From: Candidatus Saccharimonadales bacterium
GTDB lineage: Bacteria; Patescibacteriota; Saccharimonadia; Saccharimonadales; EFPC-124
Reading direction: 5' to 3'
Length of the DNA: 64,000 nucleotides
Assembly (NCBI GenBank): GCA_035280845.1
Contig: DATEFB010000002.1
Coordinates: 61,183-125,182 of the forward strand
The notes below the pieces were generated by a model. That model was not told the DNA's origin. It saw only the letters and a list, made by a program, of their open reading frames with translations, and ran no database searches. Made by a program: the position numbers and the translations under genes. This document shows, piece after piece, positions 26,101 to 32,039 of the stretch (positions are counted from its first letter, which is position 1; each line of letters starts with the position of its first letter).

Positions 26101-28008
26101 GCTGCCGTTACCCTGCAGGGTCAGGCTTTGGGCTGCGGTGCCAACAGTTAATGCTCCGCCAGGAGTAATGTTGAGCGCACCGGTGCTGGTTACGTCGCCA
26201 CCATTCACAGCTACGTCACCCGAGGCAGTAATGTTCGTTGCGACAGCCAGTGACCCGGTAAAGCTTGCGGCCGAGCTGATGGTTTGGCCATTAATTGTGC
26301 CGCTAACAGTCATGTTTCCGGCAGGAGTCAGTGCCAGGCGGCTCGCACCGTTTAGCTGAATGTCTACAAGGTTGCCAGTTGCTCCGCCGTTGGTATTATT
26401 CACCAAAAGCATTGGGTTGGTGGCTTGGCTGCTGGTTACGGTCAGACGGCCAAAGGTTGGCGTGCTGGTGACGGCAATATCCTGAATTGTGTTGATGATG
26501 CCGCTGGCCGCAGTAAAGTTAGTAGCGTTAAACTGTGCGATACCTTTTTGGGCAGTGCTGGCGTCGTTCAGGGTGATTGTTGTGCCAGAGCCTGTAGCGT
26601 TGGCGACGTTTAATGCGCCGGTTAACCCGTTGACGCTCAAGACGCTGGCACCACCAGGGCAGGCCTGGAATGCCGGGGCGCCACCAGTAGACATGAAACA
26701 AAGCCCTGAGCCACCAGCTGTAACCGCGGTGAGGGCGCCGCTGCCCTGGCCAATAACTACACCGTTGGCGGCGAGTGCTGTGGCGCCCGTGCCACCGTTG
26801 CCAACCGTTAGCGCTGTGCTAAGCGCAAGGCTGCCGGTCACGCTTAAGTCGCCATTTACAGTAACTGTTGCGCCAGTTTCGGAAAGAAGCGAGTCCTCGA
26901 TTGTCTGAACGCCGGTAAATTTGGCGATCCGGCCGGTTGTGCCACCAGAGCTCTGCACGGTACCAGTACCTGCGCCGGTGTTGCTGATGGTTATGTTGCC
27001 ATTGCCATCGTTTACAACGTTAATCCCTGCGCCGCCAGCCGCGCTTACCACGCCGCTGTTTTGCAGCTCGCCAGCGGGGGTGATGGTCAGGCCGCTCCCA
27101 ACAGTAACGTCGCCGGTGCGGCCGCCAAACGAGGTGACACCAGAGTTGGTGATTGTTGTGCCGTCTACAGCAATGCCGGGGCCGCCGACAAACGTCACGT
27201 TGCCGGTCTGGCCCTGCACAGTCAGGACGCCGTTGTTAGTAATCTGGCCGTTCGCACCGCTTAAGCCCTGGCCCAGGGTGATTGTGCCGCTGAAGCCACC
27301 AATGTTCTGTACGACGCTGCTGGTGTCGCTGATCGGCACGAACTTGCTGCCGTTAAAGTACGACATCTGGTTTGTGCCTTGGTCATAGTAGATCTGGCCA
27401 CGCGCTGCGTTACTCGGCTGGGCGGATGGCGAAATAATGAATGCGCTGTTGGCACGCAGTGGGCCGTTGACTAGCAGGCTGCGGGTGCCAAGTAATGAGA
27501 CATCGCCTTCGGTGCCAAGGTCGTCCAGCGGGATCTGAACCGTGTTAAAGCGGCTCGATGTCAGCACCTGGCCCTCGTCCTTCTTGCCTAAGAAGTTCAT
27601 GGCGACGGCACTTATACCGCCAACGATCAACAGCGCAACAGCAGCAATGCCGCCGTACTTGGCGATTTTTTTCCAGTTGAAGTTGCGCTTAGGACCCCGT
27701 GGGGCAAGTGGTTTTACCACTGGCGGGGTGACTGGTGCCTGGGTGAACCCAGGCTGCGTAGCAGAAGATGATTGCAATGGTTGGACTGGTGTCGGTGCTG
27801 CAGCAATTATTGGTTGGGCTGGCGTGGGTGCTGACAGAGGTGTCGGCGCGCTGACGGGCTGATTGCTGACAGGAAGAGGCTGCGCCACCGCAAGGTTGGG
27901 CACAGATGTTGGAATCACTTGGCCAAAGCTTACGGACGCAGACTGCTGCGCTGTATCGCTAGAACCAGAGTTTCCAGGTACTCGAACGTCCTGAAATTTA
28001 TCGTCCAT
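14101..28008 (-). CDS. Giant (4,635-aa) signal-anchored surface protein; putative adhesin or fibre
   Basis: A single uninterrupted 13,908-nt ORF. It has a Pro/Ala/Gln-rich N-terminal ~115 aa and one TM helix (KYGGIAAVALLIVGGISAVAMNFL, nt ~27590-27680). The remaining ~4,500 aa are rich in Thr/Gly/Asn/Ala/Ser/Val and include four ~357-aa repeats, two Kelch-type propellers, and a C-terminal ~130-aa domain. Confidence 0.95.
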   Translation of the reverse strand: MDDKFQDVRVPGNSGSSDTAQQSASVSFGQVIPTSVPNLAVAQPLPVSNQPVSAPTPLSAPTPAQPIIAAAPTPVQPLQSSSATQPGFTQAPVTPPVVKPLAPRGPKRNFNWKKIAKYGGIAAVALLIVGGISAVAMNFLGKKDEGQVLTSSRFNTVQIPLDDLGTEGDVSLLGTRSLLVNGPLRANSAFIISPSAQPSNAARGQIYYDQGTNQMSYFNGSKFVPISDTSSVVQNIGGFSGTITLGQGLSGANGQITNNGVLTVQGQTGNVTFVGGPGIAVDGTTITNSGVTSFGGRTGDVTVGSGLTITPAGELQNSGVVSAAGGAGINVVNDGNGNITISNTGAGTGTVQSSGGTTGRIAKFTGVQTIEDSLLSETGATVTVNGDLSVTGSLALSTALTVGNGGTGATALAANGVVIGQGSGALTAVTAGGSGLCFMSTGGAPAFQACPGGASVLSVNGLTGALNVANATGSGTTITLNDASTAQKGIAQFNATNFTAASGIINTIQDIAVTSTPTFGRLTVTSSQATNPMLLVNNTNGGATGNLVDIQLNGASRLALTPAGNMTVSGTINGQTISSAASFTGSLAVATNITASGDVAVNGGDVTSTGALNITPGGALTVGTAAQSLTLQGNGSTTLTATNAGSTTTVSFQTPTANVNYRLLTAAAGTYDICTTAGNCVGVGGSVSTPGGTTNQLAKFTGSNTIGNSIISDNGATVSIAGALAVNTITPSGPLTIGAIAQNLTLQGASTSLTATSGGVTNTLTFATPSGGNKTITVPNATGTIAVSASGPLALDAAGNLTCATCLTSGSAVTSLNGLTGALSIANATGVGSTITIQDASTAQKGIAQFNSTNFSAASGSINTIQNINVTATPTFGALTLTSSQATSPMLLVNNTNISGTGNLIDLQLNSTSRLAVTPAGNMTLTGTLNGQTISSAANLTGTLAVAGAANLNGGATVTGTLTANTITPTGAMTVGATGQSLSLQGNASSTFSATNGASTTSLSFQSPTANVTYRLLTAAAGAYDICTSVGNCAGVGGGVTSPGGTTNQLAKFSAANTIVDSIISDNGTTVSVGGVLAVNTITPTGALTIGATGQNLLLQGATTSLTATNGGITNNLTFATPSGSNKTITVPNATGTIAVSASGPITLDAAGNIACPTCALTGSGVTSLNGLTGALSIANASGVGSTITIQDASTSQKGIAQFNSTNFSAASGTINTIQDIAVASAPTFGRLTLTSSQASNGMLLVNNTNAGATGNLLDVQLNGTSRLAVTPAGNMTLTGTVNGQTVSSAANLTGTLAVAGLASLNGGATVTGTLTANTITPSGALTVGATTQSFLVQGSASSTITATSGANTTTVSFQTPTANVTYRLLTAAAGTYDICTTVGNCSGVGGGVTTPGGTTGAIAKFSGSGTIVDSIITESGSTITVGGTLAVNTITPAAAMTIGSTSQDLTLQGADTTISETDGGITNSLVFATPSGSNKTITLPNATGTVAVSASGPLAIDAAGNITCATCVTSGGGGGGVGAVDSLNGLTGALTLANATGVGTTVTIDDASTSQKGIAQFNSTNFSASVGVINTIQNINTTAAPTFGQLTLSSSQASAAMLTVNNTNVAATGNLIDIQLNGTSRLAVTPAGNMTVTGTVNGQTISSTASLTGTLAVAGAANLNGGATVTGTLTANTISPTGALTVGITTQNFTLQGAAASTITATNAGSTTSLAFQTPTANVTYRLLTAAAGTYDICTTVGNCAGVGGGVTTAGGTTGRIAKFTGSNAIGDSLLSESGSIVTVTGTLAATTALQTPLLDTASAGTLNIGTTNATAINLNQDTTVAGSLDVTGGFLTVGAFQVAQTGDIVTGGDVDVQGGALNLGTTTQAGTITLSDASSNTVLLQTAALGANRTVTFADEAGTVCIQSSTACGFAPTSGSANYIQNQNSIDQTTANFRISGTGRANTSFLAPLLDTAAAGTLTLGGTATAIALNENTTVTGNLNQSTGTFSLASNGTGSVTSNGSLTLTAGGGSTWSTSSGNLTVSAAGTSTLALQTGGAGLVALGDQNTTTINIGRGSNIARTITIGDTSGGNQAQTVTVGNTGASSVTTIKGGGGVTINAVSGNWSLQGASTSTLAGTSGSFTTTLGFTTPTANTTLNLPALTAGTYTVCTSSGNCAGAGVTLQSAYNNSTNPELTLDATRGALTIRDASSALGANLLEVQNNAGGTTYFAVSATGTSTTGTATATGNINSSGGTLQTNSVDRVDNTGNLVNIGNITGTGAMTIASSGAGNDIVINGADILDIQDATTFATTAVFNGVATFNTDVDMNLADTENLELTNTVTGTNALTLNYIGVTNNTTGGTQRGQLIQNIGGSGLTDQLLVLDNADVDTAVTTALQISSAAGTIQTAVDLTDAEIVTALSVADNTIAGTTANLDFTNFDVTGATGNIVTAGDIAVNGGDITSAGDLLLTAGGLNLDFNSVFGFTFKNGATDIMQIDGQNGRLDLNLQGSFGYFKVNTTGGTSSLFADDTSVQIGYDSDNDGHLLILDTKLNAGDPSGTDGSMYYNATAAKFRCYENGAWKDCITTSGAVTLQGAYNGGNTIAATDARDIAITMADTATDSNFLINLECDTSCSTNGRFAIQDDAVDVFRISPAGGAALFQNSANSTAAFNVKTAAGGNLFTVDSTNSRVGINLGANNTPVISNAGLQVQGAIRISGTGDLDSYATPVGANVAAKFSIQNMDPGSFGQIMALGLEASAQNTARGLSIFDARPGVHQPSLAVFSPDENGIVGFTWNGSNSNATVQTNDKTTGGNTNSFTLRSGNVTGGSGSSGDVLINTGSIAGGTGGTTGTLYLVTGNGVGTNSSSGNVTIDSGSKTGSGTNGALSVGTTNASAITIGRSGLTTTNGGGLSITEALAANGNVTLGNAAADLISFMGVIQGGTPLVFEGTTADGFETSFAITDPTAANVITFGDESGTVCMRNAANCGFSTGSGAAFVQGGNSFGATAVLGTNDAFALELETNGTSIATFSTIGAATFQNSTDSINAFRILDQAGTSTLLNADSTNGRVGIGGTASFSKFEVLGGDAAVYNNGGNPRLILGDSTAGGQNGFLQWDSTNDYFRIETVGTNGLKINDNFVSIGNLFPDQPLKVGNGSTLLAQVNTTGQALFQNSTNSTAAFRILNAAGTSTVFLADTTNNRIGVNTAAPDNALTVNGNLNVRDADTATKQYRFRTSGGDLDFDAAGAKLFFSVFDNGDLTGTQRVKLVMENGNEITQAIKIWQFRESANGTTRHLIDGSVGGQIVFNENSEATDFRVEGDADVNALFVQGSTSRVGVGTNAPAAKLHVSSTVAEPLFRVTDGTATAADVLNIADEGATTFKNRTDGNLAFEIQNAATSPIFRVDASARKVAIGAYSQTAADNITGQLQVTPTNDSRVGIQVKGFSPTWNANFYEGVDSVGNFMFRVQSTGVIITAGGVFSSNSQTAASTNSNFATLASGNVSGATSTSGTANVRSGDSTTSGNTGGVVITSGNATSGTSGNVLVDVGTASVATGTVFLGTTNASAVTVGNGTNTAISLNSGTGAINIGSGAQARTVNIATGAAAQALTIGSTNTTSATTIQAGTGNLTLSTNNSAASIIAKSSTDSTTAFRVLNSTNGDLMNVNTVDSLIDLLGNNTGHVGAFTADADTLPSARYGSGQTIVNGYIYNLGGCDSTDTRTTTSYYAKLNADGSIGSWGTTATIPNATCMPGTVTSFNGYIYVHGGGGFGDPDNAYLYYAKPNVDGTITEWKTANILMNDNDETTITAYNGYMYETNMNNPSIYYHKINADGSIGEGNCGCNWFSGSTHRSAGIVIANGYFYAIGGVAGPPYDTNVYYGKINADGSVTNPGTTTSPLPAVKAWLGAGVMNGYLYAIGGENDSTATNTVYYAKLNADGTLGAWQTDTTTLPANRSNFNALTYNSHIYAVGGYSGSAATNTAWYNTGSRVRIGGGLDLVGLTNGNAAEGGSGGALTAGNTNIMGTLNVSGNTMLRDGVSVLGDFSAKGFTSLLGSNTGHVDEFATESDTITARSGAHNSTIYLNGYMYVITGCSITNANTNSVQHTRLNADGTTGAWASTSATMPATSCDAMAATYNGYIYVAGGTSSAATSDDIYVGKPGNDGVVSSWTTISTQLPDDLRDGAMFAHNGYLYIAGGLDSTAAVVAHSNDVSRAKINADGTLGTFTTQSDWIPGNRASFAWAIANGYFYVIGGKATNTGAGQNTLYYGRFNADGSLATAVTNTAPGFAYRALGRTFVMNGYIYVLGGNTNSGSGYTDETRYAPLNADGSVGTWTVDTSYLPALRGGGGSLNVNGYVYYIGGNDATDERNTVYYTSGTRVKVGASLDLVGLGGETLAEGGSGGQLTAGNTIIAGTVNVSGNAVFNGGASVNNVLTVTTSNNTTGAFSVVNAAGTPILVADTTNSYVYIGNPTADATGALLVLDTKNTSGDPTGATGGMYYNSNSNKFRCYENGAWKNCLGFNASLSIYGGNGNGASAQWTNMPAALTEIFTPTDVPVASSRMQYDLTDAQQIRFQVSISTAGSASAEVRIQYSTDQATWNYLDSGNTGLGHNVSTTGLKVSSWSNIAAGAKGDVYLRVVGLNGDAVADPRFGIIQVQAR
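14950..17020 (-). repeat. Duplicated ~340-aa module in the giant gene: a Kelch-type beta-propeller plus a G(A/G)SLDLVGL...AEGGSGG..TAGNT linker
   Basis: There are two sets of about six blades, each with NGY(I/M/F/L)Y..GG....YYAK(L/I)NADG(S/T). The sets lie at about nt 16120-17020 and 14950-15880. Each is followed by LDLVGL..AEGGSGG(A/Q)LTAGNT..G(T)(L/V)NVSGN. Confidence 0.8.
22650..26640 (-). repeat. Four tandem coding repeats of ~1.06-1.08 kb (353-359 aa) inside the giant gene
   Basis: The units begin at the S(L/V)NGLTGAL codons at nt 26637, 25566, 24507 and 23430, giving spacings of 1071, 1059 and 1077 nt. The fourth unit diverges after ~250 aa. The repeats are also visible as periodic antisense ORFs in the track (22835, 23912, ~24990, 26036). 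Confidence 0.9.
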
Positions 28009-28066
28009 TCACCACCGTTTTTTATTTTCTCAGCTCCTCACAAGCTAAGAATAACTCCACCCCTAC

Positions 28067-28095
28067 ATTCTATAGTGGTTAAGCTTTACTGACAA
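28067..28095 (-). promoter_or_regulatory. Candidate promoter of the giant gene
   Basis: The minus strand reads TTGTCA, a 17-nt spacer, then TAGAAT, about 58 nt upstream of the ATG at 28008. Confidence 0.45.
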
Positions 28096-28182
28096 GCATA
28101 TAGCAGTAAATTCTACTACATTTTTTATTTTTGGTGGTGGGTGTTGGTGTCTAGACTTTCGTGATCATCCCCAATCGCGGAT

Positions 28183-28455
28183 TTATGTTTCATCGGGCAG
28201 GTAAATAAACAGCATTACGGCGTTATTCGAGGCCCGCATAATGCCGTGGGTAACCGGGAACCGCAGTGCCTGGTGGCCGGTATCCACAACAATATCGCCT
28301 TCAGTCAAAAGTGAAAAAAAGTTGGCATGGTCAGCCAGCACATCGAACGGCCCAACCTTATTAGCAGCAGACACAGACATAGCCGGTCCGTCGTAGTAGG
28401 TCTGGGCCGGGGAGATGACTTTAACGTGCAGCCGCGGGTTGCCTTTGAGTTTCAT
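28183..28455 (-). CDS. atpC: F-type ATP synthase epsilon subunit (beta-sandwich domain only)
   Basis: 90 aa. It is last in the b-delta-alpha-gamma-beta-epsilon gene order and shows the pattern L.V.V.SP....Y.G.....S....G.F.VL..H. The C-terminal helical hairpin is absent. Confidence 0.75.
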   Translation of the reverse strand: MKLKGNPRLHVKVISPAQTYYDGPAMSVSAANKVGPFDVLADHANFFSLLTEGDIVVDTGHQALRFPVTHGIMRASNNAVMLFIYLPDET

Positions 28456-28456
28456 G

Positions 28457-29761
28457 CTAGATCAGGATCTCCTCGATGCCAGCTAAGGTTTCGTCACGGG
28501 TGAAATATTCGCCTTTGGTACCAGTCAGCTCTTCGGTAACAAAGAACGACTGCGAGAAGAACTGGATGATTTTTTTAGCCCGCTCGTAGTCACGGCGTTC
28601 TTCCAGGCTAAGCTCGGCCTGGCCAATAATTGCGATGATGTTGCGGAGCGACTCGTATTTTTGCATGATCTCCTGCACCTGAGTTGCAAGTACGTAGTGG
28701 CGGTCGCCAACAATATCGGGCGAGAGCAGCGAAGACACCGTGCGCACCATGTCGACGGCGGGCCGGATGCCCATTTCTGCAACCGAGCGCGAAAGTACAA
28801 CGGTGCTGTCGAGCTGTTGCGCAATTTCTTGCACGGCCGGGTCACTTAAGTCGTCTGCCGGAATGTAGATTGCCTGAACAGAGGTGATTGAACCATTTTG
28901 GTTACTCGTTAAGCGGTCTTGCAGGCGCCGCAGGTCACTGAATAATGTGGCCTGGTAGCCACCTTCGCTCGGCATAATGCCCATGGTGGTACTGAGTTCG
29001 TTGGCTGCCTGTATGTAGCGGTAAATGTTGTCGATGAAAACCAGCACATCCTTTTTTTCGGCATCGCGCAAATATTCGGCAATGGTCGCAGCCGAATAGC
29101 CAACAAGCGCACGCATTGCCGGGGTTTCCTGCATCTGGCCCATCATCATGACGGTTTTATTGAGGATCCCGCGCTCTTGCAAAGTGTTGTACAGTTCGTG
29201 GCCTTCGCGCACGCGTTCACCAATGCCTACAAACATGGCCAGGCGGGATTCATCTTTGGCGACGTTATGGATAAGCTCCATAGTCAGCACAGTCTTGCCC
29301 ACGCCCGCACCGCCGATAATGCCGATCTTGCGTCCTTTTACAAACGGCGTAAAGAAGTCGATTGCCTTAATGCCTGTCTCGAGCAGCTCTGACTTACCGC
29401 CCAAGACTTCTGTTGAACCGCCTTTTTTGTAGATGCTTCGCTGGGTTGCGGCTGGTAGCGGGTCGCCGCCGTCGATTGGCTGACCAAATGCGTTGAGTGC
29501 CCGCCCGAGCACCGCCGAACTTTCTGGCATGGTCAGTGTGCTGTGCGCCGCCACGACTGGTGCGCCGCGCCGGACTTCATGGCTGCCGCCCAGGTTTATG
29601 CAGCGGGCGGTGTATGGGTCGGGGTAGGTAGCGACTTCAAGCAATACGGTGTGATTGTCCTCGAGCAAAAGCAGGTCTTTTGGCGCCGGACGCTCGCCAG
29701 TAATATGCACGTCGCACACCAGGCCGCGGATCGATTTTATTTGGCCAATGACATCGCTCAT
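28457..29761 (-). CDS. atpD: F-type ATP synthase beta subunit
   Basis: 434 aa with Walker A GGAGVGKTV, and the motifs VLVFIDNIYRY and PADDLSDPA. Confidence 0.95.
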   Translation of the reverse strand: MSDVIGQIKSIRGLVCDVHITGERPAPKDLLLLEDNHTVLLEVATYPDPYTARCINLGGSHEVRRGAPVVAAHSTLTMPESSAVLGRALNAFGQPIDGGDPLPAATQRSIYKKGGSTEVLGGKSELLETGIKAIDFFTPFVKGRKIGIIGGAGVGKTVLTMELIHNVAKDESRLAMFVGIGERVREGHELYNTLQERGILNKTVMMMGQMQETPAMRALVGYSAATIAEYLRDAEKKDVLVFIDNIYRYIQAANELSTTMGIMPSEGGYQATLFSDLRRLQDRLTSNQNGSITSVQAIYIPADDLSDPAVQEIAQQLDSTVVLSRSVAEMGIRPAVDMVRTVSSLLSPDIVGDRHYVLATQVQEIMQKYESLRNIIAIIGQAELSLEERRDYERAKKIIQFFSQSFFVTEELTGTKGEYFTRDETLAGIEEILI

Positions 29762-30615
29762 CTTCGTGACTCCAGTACTTTGGCGGCTTTTATGATTTCC
29801 TTCAGGCGCTCGTCGCCCTCGGCCCGCTTCACCCGGTGATATTGGCGTTTGTAGTCGGTAACCAGGTCGCCAGCCCGTTTTTTGGCCCGGCTCATGGCAT
29901 TAAACCGGGCGGCATACCCGGCCAGTTTTGACTCCATGATGATCTGGATGAAAGCGACTCCCATCATGACTGACTCCATATAATCGGCAATTTCGGCAAC
30001 GCTTGGTTCAAAAATATAATCGGCACTGCTGATTTTTTCACCGTCGTCCTCGCCAACGCCTTCGCCTAATTCGCGCACCGCCGACACAAGGTCGATACGG
30101 ACGACTTTCTGGGTCCGCAGTGATTCGTAGGTCTGGTAAAACACTGAAATGTGGTCGTATTTGTACAGCTCTTTAATGATATCGCCGACGCTGACGTTCA
30201 TGTCGCTTGGCGGGAAGGTGAACGTTTGCGCAACACCGGCGCCACGCTGCTGCAACAACTGTGCGCCCCTGGTGCCAACGGCAATAATATCGGTTTTTTC
30301 CGGGGTGCTGAAGCTGGCAAGCATGCTATCGATAATCTGCTCGGTAATTTCGGTGCCCAACTTGCCTTCGCCCGTGACCGCCACGACCACGCTTTTGCCT
30401 TTATGCTCGCGGTTGTCGCGTTTTAGGCGCTCTTTTGGGTTAATGCGGAGCGAACGGTAAATCGGCCACAACTCACCAAAGAATTCTTTACTGGCCACAA
30501 CACGGTCGCGGATGTGGGAAATGTGGATGCTGGCGATGCCTTCGAATGCCTGGGTCAGGTCTTCGATGGTGTTGATCTGGGCCAACTCTTTTTGAAGGGC
30601 TAAGGCACGGCTCAT
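29758..30615 (-). CDS. atpG: F-type ATP synthase gamma subunit
   Basis: 285 aa. It overlaps alpha and beta by 4 nt each, and its N- and C-terminal helices (IKAAKVLESRR tail, ARFNAMSRAKKRA) are gamma-like. Confidence 0.85.
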   Translation of the reverse strand: MSRALALQKELAQINTIEDLTQAFEGIASIHISHIRDRVVASKEFFGELWPIYRSLRINPKERLKRDNREHKGKSVVVAVTGEGKLGTEITEQIIDSMLASFSTPEKTDIIAVGTRGAQLLQQRGAGVAQTFTFPPSDMNVSVGDIIKELYKYDHISVFYQTYESLRTQKVVRIDLVSAVRELGEGVGEDDGEKISSADYIFEPSVAEIADYMESVMMGVAFIQIIMESKLAGYAARFNAMSRAKKRAGDLVTDYKRQYHRVKRAEGDERLKEIIKAAKVLESRR

Positions 30616-32039
30616 TTCTTAGCCTCCATGGCAGACATGGCCAGTAGCTGCTGCACTGCCGGATCAACTTGCTCGTCGGTGGTGATCGCCAGGGCAGCCT
30701 CTTTTGCCTTCATTTTCAGCAGGCCTACATTCAGCTGGTGCTGGCCTGCGGTAGCAAGCACGGTCTCCATGACTAGCTCTTGTTCGGTCACGGTAAAAAG
30801 TTCGGCTGGAGTTTGGCGCATGGCGTCGATTATCTGCTCACCAAGCAAAATCGCCGCCTTTGATTCGGCTGCAAGATCTGATCCAAAGTGGGCGAATTCT
30901 GCAGCCTGGCGATAGTCGGCCAATCGTTTAAAGAGCGCGCCCGAGATCTTTTTTTGGCGTGGTGTTTGGGCGCGGCCGCCCACGCGCGACACGCTCAGTC
31001 CGGCGTTAACAGCGGGCCGGATGTTGCGCCTGAAGTTTTCCAGGTCAAAGATAATCTGCCCATCGGTAATCGACATAATACTTGTTGGCAGGAAGGCGGT
31101 AATGTCGTCGCCTGGCGTAATAATAACCGGCAGTGCAGTGAGCGTCTTGCCGTTGCTTGCCAGGCGGCCAGCGCGTTCGAGCAGGCTGGAGTGGGCAAAA
31201 AACATATCGCCAGGGTAGCTGTCTCGGCCAGGATTGCCGCCCGAGAGCAGCGCGACTTCGCGGTAGACTTTGGCGTGCGCCGAAAGGTCGTCGTAAATAA
31301 TCACTACATCGCGGCCCACAGATTGCCACAGATATTCCGAGATCGCGCAGCCAATGTATGGCGCCAAATATGATTGTGCCAACGAGTCAAAAATATTGGC
31401 CACAATCACAATGCTGTTATTGATTGCGCCACTTTCGTTGAGAGCGTTCAGAAGCTGGTCAATCTCGACGCGGCGTTTGCCAATAAGCACGTACACAACA
31501 ATGCGGTCAGAGTTTGTTTGGTTAATGCCAAGTTGCATGAGGAATGTTGTTTTGCCTGATTTCGTGTCGCCCAGCACGGCAATGCGCTGGCCAAGCACGA
31601 CGGGGAATAATTGGTCTACAACAGTGACGCCGGTGGGCAGGCGGTCCGAGAGTAGTTGTCGTTCCATCATGCCGGGCGCCTGTTTGTACACCGGCCAATT
31701 GTCGGTATGGGTAATGGGCCCTTTGCCATCGAGCGGTTGGCAGAGGGGAGTCACAACACGGCCAACCAACCCCTCGCCGACAGGGGTTGTAAAGACGTTA
31801 TCGTACAAGACCGCCAAGCTGCCAAGCGGCGTCGTCTCTGATTCCAAGTTGAGTACAAGCACGATTTCTTCGCCAACCTCGCTTACGATGCCGCGTTCGC
31901 CGGACTCAAACAGAACGAGGGCGTTAATTGCCACGCCATCCAGGCCTTTTACACTTACTAAAAAGCGGTCAGAGCCCACGACTTCGCCGGTGGAGCCACC
32001 CTTGCCAACCAACTGTTGGAACAGGCTGTTATCGAACAC
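30612..32039 (-). CDS. atpA: F-type ATP synthase alpha subunit
   Basis: 475 aa with Walker A GDTKSGKTT, and the motifs VIIYDDLSAHA and PGDMFFAHSSLLERA. Confidence 0.95.
   Translation of the reverse strand: MFDNSLFQQLVGKGGSTGEVVGSDRFLVSVKGLDGVAINALVLFESGERGIVSEVGEEIVLVLNLESETTPLGSLAVLYDNVFTTPVGEGLVGRVVTPLCQPLDGKGPITHTDNWPVYKQAPGMMERQLLSDRLPTGVTVVDQLFPVVLGQRIAVLGDTKSGKTTFLMQLGINQTNSDRIVVYVLIGKRRVEIDQLLNALNESGAINNSIVIVANIFDSLAQSYLAPYIGCAISEYLWQSVGRDVVIIYDDLSAHAKVYREVALLSGGNPGRDSYPGDMFFAHSSLLERAGRLASNGKTLTALPVIITPGDDITAFLPTSIMSITDGQIIFDLENFRRNIRPAVNAGLSVSRVGGRAQTPRQKKISGALFKRLADYRQAAEFAHFGSDLAAESKAAILLGEQIIDAMRQTPAELFTVTEQELVMETVLATAGQHQLNVGLLKMKAKEAALAITTDEQVDPAVQQLLAMSAMEAKK

Noticed and set aside
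22650-26640. Periodic repeats considered as a possible CRISPR array or other non-coding repeat array.
   Set aside because: The period is about 1.07 kb, the repeats are in frame within a continuous ORF, and there are no short direct repeats with unique spacers. They are coding tandem repeats.
14300-27862. Dozens of + strand ORFs of 60-312 aa across the giant-gene region, for example 25091-26029, 23153-23911 and 17039-17710.
   Set aside because: All are antisense to the single uninterrupted 13.9-kb minus-strand ORF. Their translations are monotonous Val/Pro/Ala/Leu strings, as expected from reverse-complemented Thr/Gly/Asn/Ala codons, and they repeat with the same 1.07-kb period. They are frame artefacts.
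28009-28182. The GT-rich tract GGTGGTGGGTGTTGGTG and the AT-rich spacer between atpC and the giant gene, considered as a small RNA or a G-quadruplex element.
   Set aside because: I found no stable stem-loop and no conserved RNA motif that I recognise. The tract has too few G-runs for a canonical quadruplex. The region is more simply the giant gene's promoter and leader.
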